Of a stretch of DNA of 64,000 bases, positions 24,860 to 38,836 are shown in pieces. The translations under genes and the position numbers were made by a program. The DNA is taken from NCBI GenBank assembly GCA_964016885.1, contig OZ024740.1, positions 187,922,001-187,986,000 on the forward strand, given 5' to 3'. The notes below the pieces were generated by a model. It did not search any database. It was not told where the DNA came from and saw only the letters and a list, made by a program, of their open reading frames with translations. Every line of letters starts with the position of its first letter. Within the stretch, counting starts at the first letter, position 1. The stretch comes from Eledone cirrhosa (taxonomy: Eukaryota).

Positions 24860-25050
24860 GGTAAAACCCTCTCAGTCCACACTGTAAACGTGGTTGGTGT
24901 TTGGAAGGGCATCCAGTCGTAGAAAACCTGCCAGACAGTCCTATACGAGCAAGACAACCAATCTTGCTTCAAATGGGACAATTCCCTTCTAAACCCATGA
25001 TAGTGTGGAATTTAGACATTAAACAATGATGATGGTGATGATGATGATTG
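24860..25050 (+). mobile_element. Family B tail fragment
   Basis: ccacactgtaaacgtggttggtgtttggaagggcatccagtcgtagaa..(gat)n. Confidence 0.7.
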
Positions 25051-25219
25051 TTATATCTATTATTCGTGGTTTGCAAGATACATTAAAAATTATGAAACAC
25101 ATGGACAACATATAAATACCCTAAAATTTAACAAATGTGAGAATGCCCAAACAATATTTACAGATTTTAGGATTGCTATTTTATTTTTAACATACATGTA
25201 TGCAAATTTACAGATAACA

Positions 25220-25850
25220 ATCATCATAATTTAACATCCACTTTATCTGCTAGCAAGGGTTGGATGGGCCTTCACAGACCGAGTCTGTGCAGAAGCATGG
25301 CCTCTGAACTTCCAGACAGGCTGGGGTTCCTATTTCGGTTACATAGGTTCTGCATTCTACAAAATGCATTTTGTCATGGCACTAGCACCAGAGAGGTTGT
25401 CATATCTTTAACACAACTGGAGGGTCCTCTCAACCCTTTGATTCACAGGTTTTCTATGGCTGAATGTCTTCCTATCACCAACTGCTATACAGCACAGACT
25501 AGGTGCATTTATCTTGTAGATATTCAACAGCAGGAAGGGTGTCATGTCCTTGATTCAACTAAAGGGCCCTCTCAACTTCTTTTTTGATAAGCTTTCTATG
25601 GGTAGATGCCCTTCCTACCACACCCACTTTATAGCAAGTATTGTGTTTATCATGTAGATTACCAACATAAGGGTAATTGTGTCATTGACTAACTGAAAGG
25701 TCCTCTCAACTATTTTAGGCATGGTTTCTAAAGCAGTGTGCTTTCCTGTTGCCAACCCCCTTACAGAGTGTACCAGGTACATTTTCGTAGCATCATCACA
25801 AGAAAGGTTATTGGTCATTATCGCAACTAAAGTGTCCTCTCTATTTGTGG
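25220..25850 (-). mobile_element. Old SINE-like element with about 120-130-bp diverged tandem subrepeats
   Basis: About four repeats of agaggttgtcat..aactgaagggtcctctcaac..ggtttctatgg; similar arrays at 42040-42350. Confidence 0.5.
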
Positions 25851-26194
25851 GTGGGGAGATATGTATGAAGTTATAGGTGTATTTGGAGATTTGGCATTGC
25901 GATCAGTAATGGAAGATGTGGCTGATAGAGTATAGGGAGAAGGGATGTAGTGGTGTGGAGTGTGTAAATATTGCAATTGATAGAGTGTGGGGGTAGTGAT
26001 GAAGAGATAGCTAAGGGGTGATAGTGGCAGATGTACTAGAGCTAGAGAGAGTAGCTACTAGAGTACAATAGTGAGGGTAGGTAAGGGCTTTAGAGGAGGT
26101 AGAATGGTACTGAAGATGGCATAGGCAGTGGGTGCAGTGGTGGTTTGGATAGCTGTTGAGGAATGCTATTGGAAGGGAGGGTGACACATAGATA

Positions 26195-26940
26195 TTTCAG
26201 ATCATATTGAATGTTTGTGGCCAGGTCTTCATCATCACAGCCTATTGATCCTTTGTCATTTTTTGGGGAAGCTTAGTTTCTTAATGTTGTTCTTTACTAT
26301 CTTGTCCCACATCTTCCTAGGTTGGCCTCTTCCATGTGTTCCAGCCACTGAGATAACTCTGTGTTTTTTTTTTATGTGGCTGCTATCTTCCAAACGCATG
26401 ACATTTACATACCAACACAGTTTTCTCTCTTGGCCTCTACATCCAATTCCTCTTATGCCACGTTTTGATCTCAGTTCACTTATATTGTCCATGCACAATA
26501 GCATTACACATCCATTTGAACATAATCACTTCATTTCTTTCCAGCCTTTGCAGGTCTTCTGCAGTTAAGGCCAATGTTTCACTGCCATGTACTAATGCAG
26601 TTGGCATGCAGGCATCATACTGTCTACCCTTCACTCTGAGAAGGAGGTATTAGCTCTCTAATCTTCCAGCCTGTTCTGATCCTGGCTATCACACTATCAG
26701 TGCATCTTCCTACACTGCTAATTTGATCACCTAAGTAACAAAAGCTGTACACATTTTCTTAGGGGCCTCCCTGGAAACTGAAGGAGTGTTTTTTTATTTC
26801 ATGTGTGTTCTTACTTTTCTTTTTCGTCTGCCACTTACAAAGTTTATATTTTCTAGTCATTGGATATGTACTACCTGATTAACTATGCATCTGTCTAGCT
26901 CATATCATACCATACCAGATGCTTTTAGCATCTCAGCAAC
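26195..26940 (-). pseudogene. RTE LINE 3' fragment
   Basis: ERKLCWYVNVMRLED..GTHGRGQPRKMW, with FCYLGDQIS upstream. Confidence 0.8.
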
Positions 26941-27454
26941 TATGAATATATGGTCTAGCTGCCTTCTCTACTTTCATGTCTTTGCCTTTAAAAAATGGGT
27001 ATGTTATCTATATTTTTAAATACTGGGATTATTTGGGTTTCTGGACATTCTAATTTCAAGTCCCATCTCTGCTTTTTACCTCTCTGAAGTTGATTAAAGC
27101 ACTGTTAGTTGTTCACTGTACTTCTCTTCTACAAACGTTTGTAAGGAATGAATATTATATTGTTATTCCCTAAAGATGTCAAGTTTATAACTAGGTTTTA
27201 TTCCCAATTGAAACCATACTGCTTTAGTAATATTATTAATGCTTTTGGGTAAAGCTAAGGGACCACAAAATTTCATTTTCTTCAGAAGAAAGCAAACAAA
27301 TAGTCAAAAGACATGCTTCTGATTTTTTTTTAGTTTTTCTAATATTGTTTTAAATTGAATGCAAGCTGGTAATTAATGACATGATGCTGAATGAAAATAA
27401 AAGTAATATATATAAACATACACATACCGACCATAATTAAATATGGAACGATAT

Positions 27455-27865
27455 GTGATGGGGCCCCCTTATAGCCCTGGCGGTCAGAATGGAGAAGGCG
27501 TTTCCCCAGAGGATGGCAAGGGAGATGCGCTGGAAAAGCCACTCCAACTCGCGGGGCTCACACCTGCGGCTGGCCAGCTCAGCACCTATGGTGGTGAGTA
27601 GGGAGGTAGCCCTGAGGCTGAGGACACCAGAAGTCTCCACTGCCAGGGCTACAACAGCAAACCTGTCAGAGAGTGACCGGTATTTGAGGAGTTTAGCCTC
27701 CTCAGCCTGACGTGCAGCAGAACCTGGGTTAATCGCAGACTGCACCAGGTTGCGGTTGCAGAAAGAGTTGGTGCAAGTGGCACCCCAGATGAGGGGTTTG
27801 CCACCACAGAACGAGAAGATGGTTATGCCATCTGGCTTTTTGCTGTCCCCTCGGTCCAGCCCCAA
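27455..27865 (-). mobile_element. CRE-clade non-LTR retrotransposon, restriction-like endonuclease fragment
   Basis: GC-rich; DSKKPDGITI..LIWGATC..AEEAKLLKY..AVETSG..LFQRISLAILWGNA matches the PD..D..K..KY RLE domain. The second Asp is mutated to Gly. Confidence 0.85.
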
Positions 27866-28945
27866 ATTTAGATTCGACAGCTTATTCACATAAAAATATA
27901 TAGATGTATATGTGACTTTATTTTACAATGTGTTTGTACTAAATTGCAGAGAAATATTGATGTAACATTATTTTGATATACATGAATTTTCATTCCTTTG
28001 AGTAATTTCATATGAAAGTGTTAATTCATATCATACTCTAAATATTGTTGGAAAAAATATTCAGATTGTAATTTCAAATAATTTGCTAATACTATAGTTT
28101 AATTAACTTCCCAGTGTTACATTGTCAAAACTTTTTGCTGAATGATGCTATATTATAGAAGGTGGTATATCGAGTCTATTTATCATAAATATATCAGATA
28201 ATCATATAATCTTATATGGTTTCTTTATTAAACCTAATAAGCCAAGATAATAAGCAATATGATACCATTGTGAATCTTAGATCAGATTAAATGAATCCTC
28301 TAATATATATTGGATAACAGCAATGAAAAGAACTTAGAATGGCTTTTATTACAAATAGTTTTTCTTAACTTATATGATCTTTGCAGTCACATATAATTCC
28401 TATAAAGCTGATTTATAATTACTCTGGTCACCATTCGAAGGCAATAATCATGGGACTAACAACCTATTTCCTGAAATATTTGTTATGTTGCTTACTTAAT
28501 TGTGTTTGCCTGACTGATTTGTAGATGTTATATTACTTGTAAACAAATCAAGTCATTTACAACAACAACAACTATCAACGAAATAATAAAAAAAGAAAGG
28601 AAAAGAAAAACAACGAAAGAAACAAGGATGTCTAAATATATCTGTGAAACTTTAAAATATCTGATAGGAAAATTGCAAGCAAGAAACTGTATAAATAGTT
28701 TTCCTTTTCTTGAAAACTTATAAAACACCATTGTTTATTTATCCATTGAATCATAATAGTCTTCTTTTTAGTGAATAGCAAAGGTGGCAATTTGATAATG
28801 TTTTAAGAACAGTTTTTAGTAATTTCTGGTTATATTAATTATGGTGAATCCTCAATAGCTTGCTTGAGTAATTGTGGAATTCTGGTTAGTTTCGTTTTGA
28901 TGTGGTTATAATTCTGCTGTTTTATATTAATATACATTTAAATAC

Positions 28946-29349
28946 TTCGTTTTTGAATTTGTTTTGTAAGATTTCTTTTCTGAAAACGTATGTTGAAACA
29001 GATATTGTTATACTTTGGGAGGGTCATGCTGCCAATAAATACACATGCACCTGTTGGTTTTCATTTCAATTTATTATAAATTTCCATTTGGTTGGTTGGT
29101 TCGATAACCAGATGGTTGTTTATATATTGGTGTAGGGCAGAACAAAAGAGAAACACAAAATAAAAACCCGTCACTGAGGAGATTGCAGAATGTGTGACGA
29201 AAGAGCTTTGACAATATATAAACAATATATAAACAACTATCCGGTTATCGAACCAACCAACCAACCGGAAATTTATAATAAATTGAAGTGAAAACCAACA
29301 GGTGCGTGTGTTATTTTTGGCAGCATGACCTGCCCAAAGTATAACAATA
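28946..29349 (+). mobile_element. Hammerhead family X element with inverted arms (29003-29130 and 29212-29349)
   Basis: Direct reverse-complement match; hammerhead gtca-CTGAGGA-..tgtgac-GAAA-gagc-TT-tgac at 29170-29212. Confidence 0.8.
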
Positions 29350-29499
29350 CATTCCAATAGTAAAGCATTAATATAGCCAAAAGTAACTAAATCCTTCGAG
29401 ACTGGTGAGATCAATCTGTTTGATAATCACCTTTGAGTGTTGATGCATGTAAGAATAAACATTGGTGGGGAGAAAATTCCAGAGAGCTAAAGGGCTTAG

Positions 29500-29860
29500 A
29501 AGGAATGATTAGTATGAAAGTGTTTTTGCTGAGCTAAGGGTTGAGACTTGATAAATATGGTAAAAGAACTAATAATGTGCTGGTTCAGAGACATAGAAGA
29601 TATTGTATTAGTGTAGGAGTCATGACAAAAATGCACCCAGTCCACACTGTAAATTGGTCGCGTAGGTGTCATGGTAAAAAACACCCAGTTCTCACTGTAA
29701 ATGAGGTTGGTGTTAGGAAGGATATCCAGCTGTAGAAATAAACCACAATCCGTTCTGTATGAGCAAGACATGGTCAACTGACCTGCATTGCCCACAATAG
29801 GACAACTTGTGTTATCCACGTTAGCGTGGAAGAATGGACATAAAATGGTGATGATGATGA
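29500..29860 (+). mobile_element. RTE 3' end with family B tail
   Basis: Subrepeats, ggttggtgttaggaaggatatccagctgtag and a (gat)n tail. Confidence 0.7.
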
Positions 29861-32849
29861 AAACAGTGGGGAAAAAACAGCACATGTTGGGGTTTTGAAA
29901 ATAGTGTTCATGAAAGATATATTGCCAGATATCCTGATAGCTTTTTTGTTTTGGATTTGACATAAAATATTTTTGTGTAACAGCTGTATTGGCCATTGGT
30001 GTGAGTAAGGCTTGAGCTTTTGAGAGGATCAGTAACTGATTAGAATACAATTATATTAGAATACAATTATACATGAAGCCAATTTTGCATCATAGTTTTG
30101 CTTGATTTTTGTGTAAGTTCAGTATGAGAAATCATCCCAGATTGGGAGGCTTGGCATATATAAGACTGTTAGAGCGTTTGTTGTTTTTGTCTATGCACAG
30201 AAATAATAAGTTCTATGGAAACCCTACTTGTAAGAAGGCTGTGTAATTTAAATATTTGAAGTGAATGAGTGAGTAGTTGGCAAAGACAAGATGTTATTCT
30301 TGTGAATTGGAAACATTGCAAAGTTTTTAAAGTTTGGGATAAATATATAGAGAAAAACTGAACAGTTTGGTAATTATGGGAAATGATTCAAAATAACACT
30401 TTGTGAGGCTAATAGTAAATACATTGTAAGAACAGTCATTTACTTTTGTTGGATTGAAATATTCATATTTCATATGAGATAGGTGAAGTAAAGAAAAGGT
30501 TTAAAATAGTTTTGTGTGTGTAAAATATGTAGAGCTGGAAGCAATGTGGATTTATTTACATATCTACTGCATTTAAAACATACCTAGCCTTCTTAGTTAA
30601 GAGGTGGTGAGTAGGAGAATTAGCTGTAGAGACTTTCTTGGTGAGAGTCAAGAACATCCACTTCGGAATATCATAAAGCAGATGGGTCCCATAATATTGA
30701 ATTATTCTTTGTTTTTATAATAGTTGCTATTCAGTTATTATTGTTTTGTGTAAATGTCTTAATAATTATTGCTACACTGGCATGCATGAATTACATGAGG
30801 TTTGGGACTTGGTTGTATAAGGGATGTGGAGGGACATACTTAGAACAATTATATCAACCATCATTTAATCTTTATTGGATCGATCTGAGAAAGGGATTAG
30901 TTGTCATATGTTTTTAACACAGAAAAGACAGCGCTTTGGTCAAACAGCTTCATTAGTTCTACATTGTTCTGCTGAGCAATATAGAACTAATGAAGCTTTA
31001 CCAGTTTACAGATATGTTTAGTGACTTATAAGCACTAACTTGTTATATAATGTTTACATTTTGTAGCCCAATATTATACAGGAATACACACCAAGTATTT
31101 ATTTCATAATTATTGTATTACTAAAGAATACATTATTTTCTAGGAGTTAATATTTGCATTAATACTATTATAATCCAATGTCATTATCGCTAGGATTATA
31201 CATTTAATTAATTCAGTTAATTCTGTCAAATAATTTTGTGTTATCTCTATGTTGCCATATCATAATCTAATAAGTCCTGCTGTACCTGTATGTTTCAACA
31301 ACTATTCACAGATCTTGCTTGATAACAAGATAAGGAAAATAAATTAGGCAAGATTTTACAATTATAAATATAGAAAATAAAGAAAAATATTATATTCAAT
31401 CAATCTTTTCATCATAATTTCAACATTTACCAGCAATAAATGATTAAACAATGCAAACACCAAAATATAAAAGCCAACGAAAGTTTTAATTTATATAACT
31501 ACTAGGTAATTTCATTTGAAGAATTTGAAATTGAAATTCAATAAAAAAAAAACTGAAATTTCTATAATTTTTTATGGCATGTTTAGATTGTTGAAAAATA
31601 ATTTGTAATTTTGCTGTTGGAATGATCATGTCTTCTTTCTATTGCTAGAAATCAATATCTTGCTTCTTTACTACGTTACATTTTGATTATAATGACAAAT
31701 TATTAGTTAAATTCTTTTTACTGTTTGCAACGTTTCCATAAAATTAATATAAAATGTAATATAATACTAAAAAATCTATAAATTTGTGTCATTATTTTAA
31801 AGCCCATGTCATCATTTCAATAATTGGTCTCTTTAATGGGATTATTTCTGCAAAAATCTTTTATTATTTTTCTTTGAGATAAACAAACACAGAGGCAATA
31901 GCAAAAGAAATGAAATATTGGATTCTAAATTGCAATTAAAGAATGATTTTTATTTGAGAAGCCTGTCTTTTAATAGGCTGGCTTTGATTCATCGTCTTAA
32001 AAAGAAAAACAACATGAAAATAACGGCACTGTGCAATACACAATATTTTATCTCCACTTTTCAGAAAGAATTATGCAATCACCTTAAGAATAGAGAAGTT
32101 CAAAGATTAATAGGCTATTTAAAAATTACCTCTTAGAATAACTAAAGTTTGTTTCAAGAAAATAGTTTGAATGTTCAGCTATGTGGTATATCATCTAGTA
32201 ATAATTCACTACATGGTAAAGCTTCTGTGTAACTCATAAGAAAAGCTCTATGTATATAGTTATATAGAAATATGTATATATTATTTTGAGCCCGAGGGAA
32301 ACCCTGAATGAATAGCCCTATTCTCAAAAATGTTCACGCTATGACCATCTTGTATTTCAATAAAATAGTTGAGGGCTATTTTTACTTAATTGAGTGGCTA
32401 TTCAGATATACTATTCTTGGTATGTTTAACTGCACATATTGCATATGTTTTTGAGTGATGTATGTCTGTATGTACATGTGCATATATGTATGTATGTAAA
32501 ACAGTTTCAACCACACGCATTCTGGATATGACATTTTTTGTAATGTATGGTATTGCTGGTCAGGGACAAGTCCCTAACAGGATAAAAAGCCACGTTCGTA
32601 ACAGTATAAAAAGCTACGTCCATGATGCCCATGCTCAAGTAGCAAGCGATGGCATTACTCGAAATCGAGTTACAGGCATTATCATGATGTGGTTCACGTT
32701 AGGAAAGCCATCCATTCATAGAAAACCAGACAGAAATACAACTATATGAGCGAAACACGGTCACCCCACACAACTTGCCTCTAAATGGGACCCGGCTAAC
32801 CCAGGCTAGCGTGGATAATGGACGTTAATCGATGATGATGATGATATAT

Positions 32850-32953
<104 letters not shown>

Positions 32954-33044
32954 GTATATATATATATATATAAATATATTTATATATATGTATATATATA
33001 TATAAATATATTTATATATATATATATATGTATGTATATATATA

Positions 33045-34095
33045 TGTACGAAAGGTGTAGGTAGGAACTCCATCTCTGCTCCAAATACAAACAATGGGTA
33101 CACAAGAGATGTAGCGGGATCTCAGGAAGCTTAACTAAGAATGTAGGCTTCGCATGTAGCAGCTGTGTTGGGACAGCAAGCAGCAAACAGCCACAGGAAA
33201 CAAGTACCACCAAACTCTGGGAGGGCGCTGTAGAAACAGTAGACAGCTTCTGCTACCTAGGTGACCGAATTAGCAGCGGGTAAGAATGGGATGGAAGAAG
33301 TTCAGTGAGCTACTGCCACTGCTAGCTGCAAAAGGCTTTTCCCTCAAAATGAAAGGCAGACTGTATGATGCGTGTATACGAACAGCAATGTTACATGGTA
33401 GTGAGACCTGGGCGCTGTCTGTGGAAGACTTGCGTAGATTAAAAAGAAACGAAGCCTGCATGCTCCGATGAATGTGTAATAGTAATATACGCGAACGGCA
33501 AAGCATAAATGAATTGAGAGAGAGATTGAGTATAAGAAGAATCAAATACTGTGTGCAGGAGAGGCGGTTGCGTTGGTATGGACATGTGATGCGTATGAAG
33601 GATGACAGCTGCATAAACAGGTGCAGAGCACTAGAAGTTGATAGAAACCGATGGAGACCTGGGATGAGGTGATAAAAGCCGACCTTACCCAAATACAACT
33701 CTCAAATGTGATGACACACGACGGGGACCGCTGGCGTCACGCAGTAATACAGAATACCCCCCCCCCCCCCCCATGGGTACAAGCCGAAGCTGAAGCATAT
33801 AGACAATATGGCCCCACACCCTCCCACTGCAAAGTGGTCGTGGAGGTGCCACGGCAAAAAAGCACCCAGCCTACACTGTAAAGTGGACATAAAGGCGCCA
33901 CGGAAAAAAGCACCCGGCATTCACTGTAAATGAGGTTGGTATTAGGAAGGGCATCCAGCTGTAGAAATCAAGCGAGAATCAGTTCGTGCATGCGCAAGAC
34001 ATGATCAGCCAACCGGACACTGCCCACAACAGGACAACCTGTCTAACCCATGCTAGAGTGGAAAAAAGGACGTAAAACGGTGATGATGATGATGA
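33045..34095 (+). mobile_element. RTE LINE 3' fragment continuing into the family B tail
   Basis: VDSFCYLGD, WKKFSELLPLL, LYDACIRTAMLHGSETW, RRLRWYGHVMRM, then subrepeats and (gat)n. Confidence 0.88.
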
Positions 34096-34101
34096 TATAT
34101 G

Positions 34102-34138
<37 letters not shown>

Positions 34139-34145
34139 GTATATG

Positions 34146-34192
<47 letters not shown>

Positions 34193-34243
34193 GTATATAT
34201 ATATATGTATATATATATATGTATATATATATATGTATATATG

Positions 34244-34326
<83 letters not shown>

Positions 34327-34369
34327 ATATATATATGTATATATGTATATATATATATGTATATATGTA

Positions 34370-34452
<83 letters not shown>

Positions 34453-34585
34453 ATATATATATGTATATATATATATGTATATATGCATATATATATATGT
34501 ATATATATATATGTATATATATATATGTATATATATATATATGTATATATATATATGTATATATATATATGTATATATATATATG

Positions 34586-34636
<51 letters not shown>

Positions 34637-34747
34637 ATATGTATGTATATGTATATATACGTATATATATATGTATATATGTATATGTATATAAGTATAT
34701 ATATGCATATATGTATATGTATATATGTATATATATGTATATATATG

Positions 34748-34778
<31 letters not shown>

Positions 34779-35068
34779 GTGTATATGTATATATGTATAT
34801 ATATATATATGTATATGTATATATATATATGTATATATATATGTATATATATATATATGTATATAAATATATATATATATATGTATATGTATATATATAT
34901 ATATGTATATATATATATGTATATATATATATGTATATATATATAATGAAAAATTGAACAGGGACAGAACAGAGAGGCAGTACGACAAATGTTTATGTAC
35001 ATGTATATATATATATATGTATATGTATATATATATATATGTATATATATGTATATGTATATATATAT
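34096..35068. repeat. About 1-kb (TA)n/(TATG) microsatellite
   Basis: Direct inspection; interrupted by a short unique stretch near 34945-35000. Confidence 0.95.
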
Positions 35069-35440
35069 ATTGTTATACTTTGGGAGGGTCATGTTGCCAA
35101 TAAGAAACACACGCACCAGTTGCTTTCACTTCAATTTATTATATATTTATAAATTTATAAATTTACAAATTTACAAATCTACAAACTTATAAATTTCTGG
35201 TTGGTTGGTTGGTTCTACAACCAGATAGTTGTTTATATATATAGTCATAGTCCTTTCGTCACACACTCTGTGACCTCTTCAGTGACTGGGGATTCCTTTC
35301 TTCGTTTCTGTGCCTTTTCTTTCTTCTATCCTACGCCATTTTGTTTCTTATTGGCAACATGACCCACCCAAAGTATAACAATATCGGTTTCAACACACGA
35401 TTTCAGATAAAGAATCTTGCTAAACAAATTCAGAAACGAA
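35066..35440 (-). mobile_element. Hammerhead family X element
   Basis: Homologous to 28946-29349 and 49487-49820, with a short inverted arm at 35341-35384. Confidence 0.8.
35243..35287 (-). ncRNA. Minimal type I hammerhead ribozyme
   Basis: aguca-CUGAAGA-g-gucaca(gagug)ugugac-GAAA-ggac-UA/ugacu: perfect 5-bp stem I and 6-bp stem II, minimal stem III. Confidence 0.8.
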
Positions 35441-35689
35441 ATATATATATATGTATATGTATATATATATATAAATATATGCATATATATATGTGTATAT
35501 ATAGTTGTTATATAGTAACGTGCATTATTGGTTGTGTAAAATGTTCCAATAACTTTATGTTAGCAATATTAAGTTCTCCACGCTTTTGTATATCTCCAAT
35601 TCCATTCAAGAGAACAGCTACATGATGTAAAACTGAGTATAAGCATCAAAATGAAAATTCGAAAGCACGGTCAAATTCCAATCATTTAA

Positions 35690-35763
35690 TCACGACACAT
35701 ATTTCAATAAGAGATAGATCGATTGTGAAGCCATGCTCGATTATCACTGAACTCATCAGGTGA
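35690..35763 (-). ncRNA. Degenerate hammerhead-like motif
   Basis: ucac-CUGAUGA-[47 nt, partly paired]-GAAA-uaugug-UC/guga. Confidence 0.5.
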
Positions 35764-36479
35764 AAATGAATTGTCTTCAAATATGAGGGAGAAACATAAC
35801 GATGTTCTCTCACAGAATTCATTGCCGCATATGAAGACACACCAGTCATAGACACGGCGACTGCCATTAACTTCAGTTGAGGTCATAAAAGTTTTCAGAT
35901 TTCTATCGCTGCAAAAGCCGCTGGAAATCAATCAAATTTGTAGGGATACAGTCAGTCACAGTTAATGTGAGTGGGTACAAACACATTCCACACCCACATA
36001 CACGGGCTCGAGGTCAAAGAAAAATATATACATATATATACACACATCAACACAGTATTAAACCTGTAGAGTTAGTGTGGGTGGGTACACACACACTCTC
36101 ACACACACCGAAGCGATGTCCGAGAAAAAACAAATATAAGAAAACAAATAAATAAATATTAAAATGTACCAACACAGAACTCACCGAAAGTTAGTTCACA
36201 AAACAACAGAAGCTATACTGCTCAAATCTCAATTTGAAGATGTAAATTAGAAATATTGGGTTAACCAACGCCACATACACACACACACACACACAAGCAA
36301 GTAAGTTCAGTTCAGTGTTCTGCTATACGTGTATAGATTGAATTGTAACATCCATATCTTCAAGTGTATGTTATGGTATATACACATCCGAATCGTCCAA
36401 AAGAGGGTATGTCCGCGTATATACACATCCATGTGAAGAGCAAGCAATCAGCTCATATCGAACTCAGTATGTACCGCTA

Positions 36480-37366
36480 TCCCATTGAGAATCCGAGTCA
36501 CCAAATCCGTGCGTGTAAGCAACCGCAATGTAGGCCAGCAAAGGGCTCCGTGTAGGGTTGGGTATTGGGTAAATGCGTCTTCACCATGCCTTGACCCTCT
36601 GACCACTACCTGTTGCGCGCGCACCCCACTTCCTTCCACTTCCGACCACCACCAACATTGGATTCTACACCATAGGTCATCTCTCCAACAATCCACTCCA
36701 TAACCTGAAAAATATCCAGCAACTCTTCGCACACTCGACGGAACTACCTCAGGAACTTACCCACGAACATACACTCACATTTGTTCGCACCACCCCACCT
36801 ACATCCACACCACGTATAAACACAAACACATACATGCGTACCCCACATATACACACTCAACCTCCGGAATCCACACGCCCCCTCCCACACACCCTGACCC
36901 CTATCCTCCCACACCGACTTACACTCCACCCCACGCACACACCTTTTCCTGAACATGGAACCTCGTTCTTCCTCCAACTCTCACATTCACATACACACAC
37001 ACTCACGTACACCTACATACATTCACAAACACCACCTTCAGCCTTCCCTGCTTCGACCCCCAGCCTCCCTCTCCCAACTCCACCCGCCACCACCCTTACA
37101 CGCTTGACACCCTTCCACCACTTGTTCATTTTATTGTTTACTCTTGATTATTTTTAGGTTTATTTTTATTTTTATTTGTTCTCCTTCCCCCTTTTTTCTA
37201 AACGTATTTCCAACCCCCCTCCTCACACCCTCGGAACTCTCTTCCTACCCTATTTTCTCCTGAAGAAGGGCTTTTGCCCGAAAGGTCGTCCCCCACTCTC
37301 AAGAGCGTGAACCTAATAAACCTTTATTTGTCTGCCTCTCTGTTTCGTTCCCGTCCAAATTTGCAC
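36480..37366 (+). mobile_element. C-rich Penelope/Neptune-like 3' region with hammerhead-like core
   Basis: cCTGAAGAagggc-tttt-gcccGAAAggtc at 37260-37288, followed by AATAAA and (TA)n. Stem I is not evident. Confidence 0.5.
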
Positions 37367-37405
<39 letters not shown>

Positions 37406-37436
37406 ATGTATATGTATATATACATATATATACATG

Positions 37437-37465
<29 letters not shown>

Positions 37466-37468
<3 letters not shown>

Positions 37469-38172
37469 ATTCGGGATGCTTGTTTACTAATAAACCGAGC
37501 ATTATAATAAATGTTCGGTGAATCCATACGAACATATATATATGTGTGCATGTATATATATACATACTACTGTACGTCTGTATACATATATGTATGTACG
37601 TATACATACTTATATTTAAGTAACAGCCATACTAAGAGTGAGAAATGAAATTTCGTTTCATTTTTTCCATATATATATAAAATGAAACGAAATTTCATTT
37701 CTCACTCTTAGTATGGCTGTTACTTAAATATAAGTACATACATATATGTATACAGACGTACAGTAGTATGTATATATATACATACATGCATATATATATA
37801 TGTACGTATGGATTTACCCAACATTTATTATAATGCTCGGTTTGTTTGTAAACAAGCATCCTGAATTAAGCCGTACAGTATTTAGCAACCAACATAGCTC
37901 TTTTGTTCAACACTGACAAAGGAACGATGTACTAGTTTCAAGAGCTTATTAGCTATCGTCAGCACTATATACCTTCCTGTCCGTTGATTGAACGTCTGAA
38001 AGTATATACTTTCCTTATGCATATTAACGGCTGAGCAGCCTAATTTGCATATCGAGTGAGTTTATCGGCCGTGCCCACCTAAAACGACAAATGGAAAAAA
38101 TGAAACGAAATTTCCTTTCTCACTCTTAGCACGGCTGTTACTTAAATATAAGTATGTATACGTACATACATA
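37466..38172 (-). mobile_element. Small element with 418-bp terminal redundancy, inverted copy and hammerhead-like motif
   Basis: Inverted arms 37466-37663 and 37679-37869; direct repeat at 37683 and 38101; gug-CUGACGA..GAAA-cuag-UA/cau at 37927-37965 (minus). Confidence 0.7.
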
Positions 38173-38780
38173 TTGTAGGGCTTGAAATTTGCCAGCATTA
38201 AACTGCATGTTGTTGTCTCCCGCCCATTTGAATACGGCATCCAGATCTTGTTGTAAAAGGGCAGCATCAACCGGGTTTTTGATTGCCTGTGCTGCCTTAG
38301 TGTCATCAGCATAGCTAGTGAGGGATGTTGTTGTATGTACTACAGAGGGCATGTCTGAGAGTGCCACCAAATACAGTAGTGGTCCCAGGACTGTGCCTTT
38401 GGGTAACCCACTTGTTATTGTTGTTTCCTTTGAAAGGGCCTCGTTTGCTGCGACTGTCTGGCTTCTGTCCTTTAAGAAGTCGTGCAGCCACTCACCTACT
38501 TTTCCAGTTATGCTGAGTCCGTGTAGTTCGTGACATATCATTTCGTGGTCGACCTTGTCAAAGGCCTTCATAAAGTCAAGATATATCACGTCCACATGTG
38601 AGCTGTCTATCAGTTGTTTCAGTACCCATTCGTAGTGATGTAGCAGCTGTGTAAGGCAGCTTCTTCCTGGGTGGAAGCCATGCTGCGTGATAGTCAGGCG
38701 GTCATTTTCCTCGAGGAAAGTGATCAGTTTCTTTCTGACGACTCGCTCCATAAGCTTACTGATATGCGATGTCGGGGAGA
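38172..38780 (-). pseudogene. CR1/L2-group LINE reverse transcriptase fragment
   Basis: QHGFHPGRSCLTQLL, YLDFMKAFDKVDH, SGLPKGTVLGPLL, YADDT, NNMQFNAGK; truncated at both ends. Confidence 0.9.
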
Positions 38781-38786
38781 GAGGCC

Positions 38787-38829
<43 letters not shown>

Positions 38830-38836
38830 GTATATA

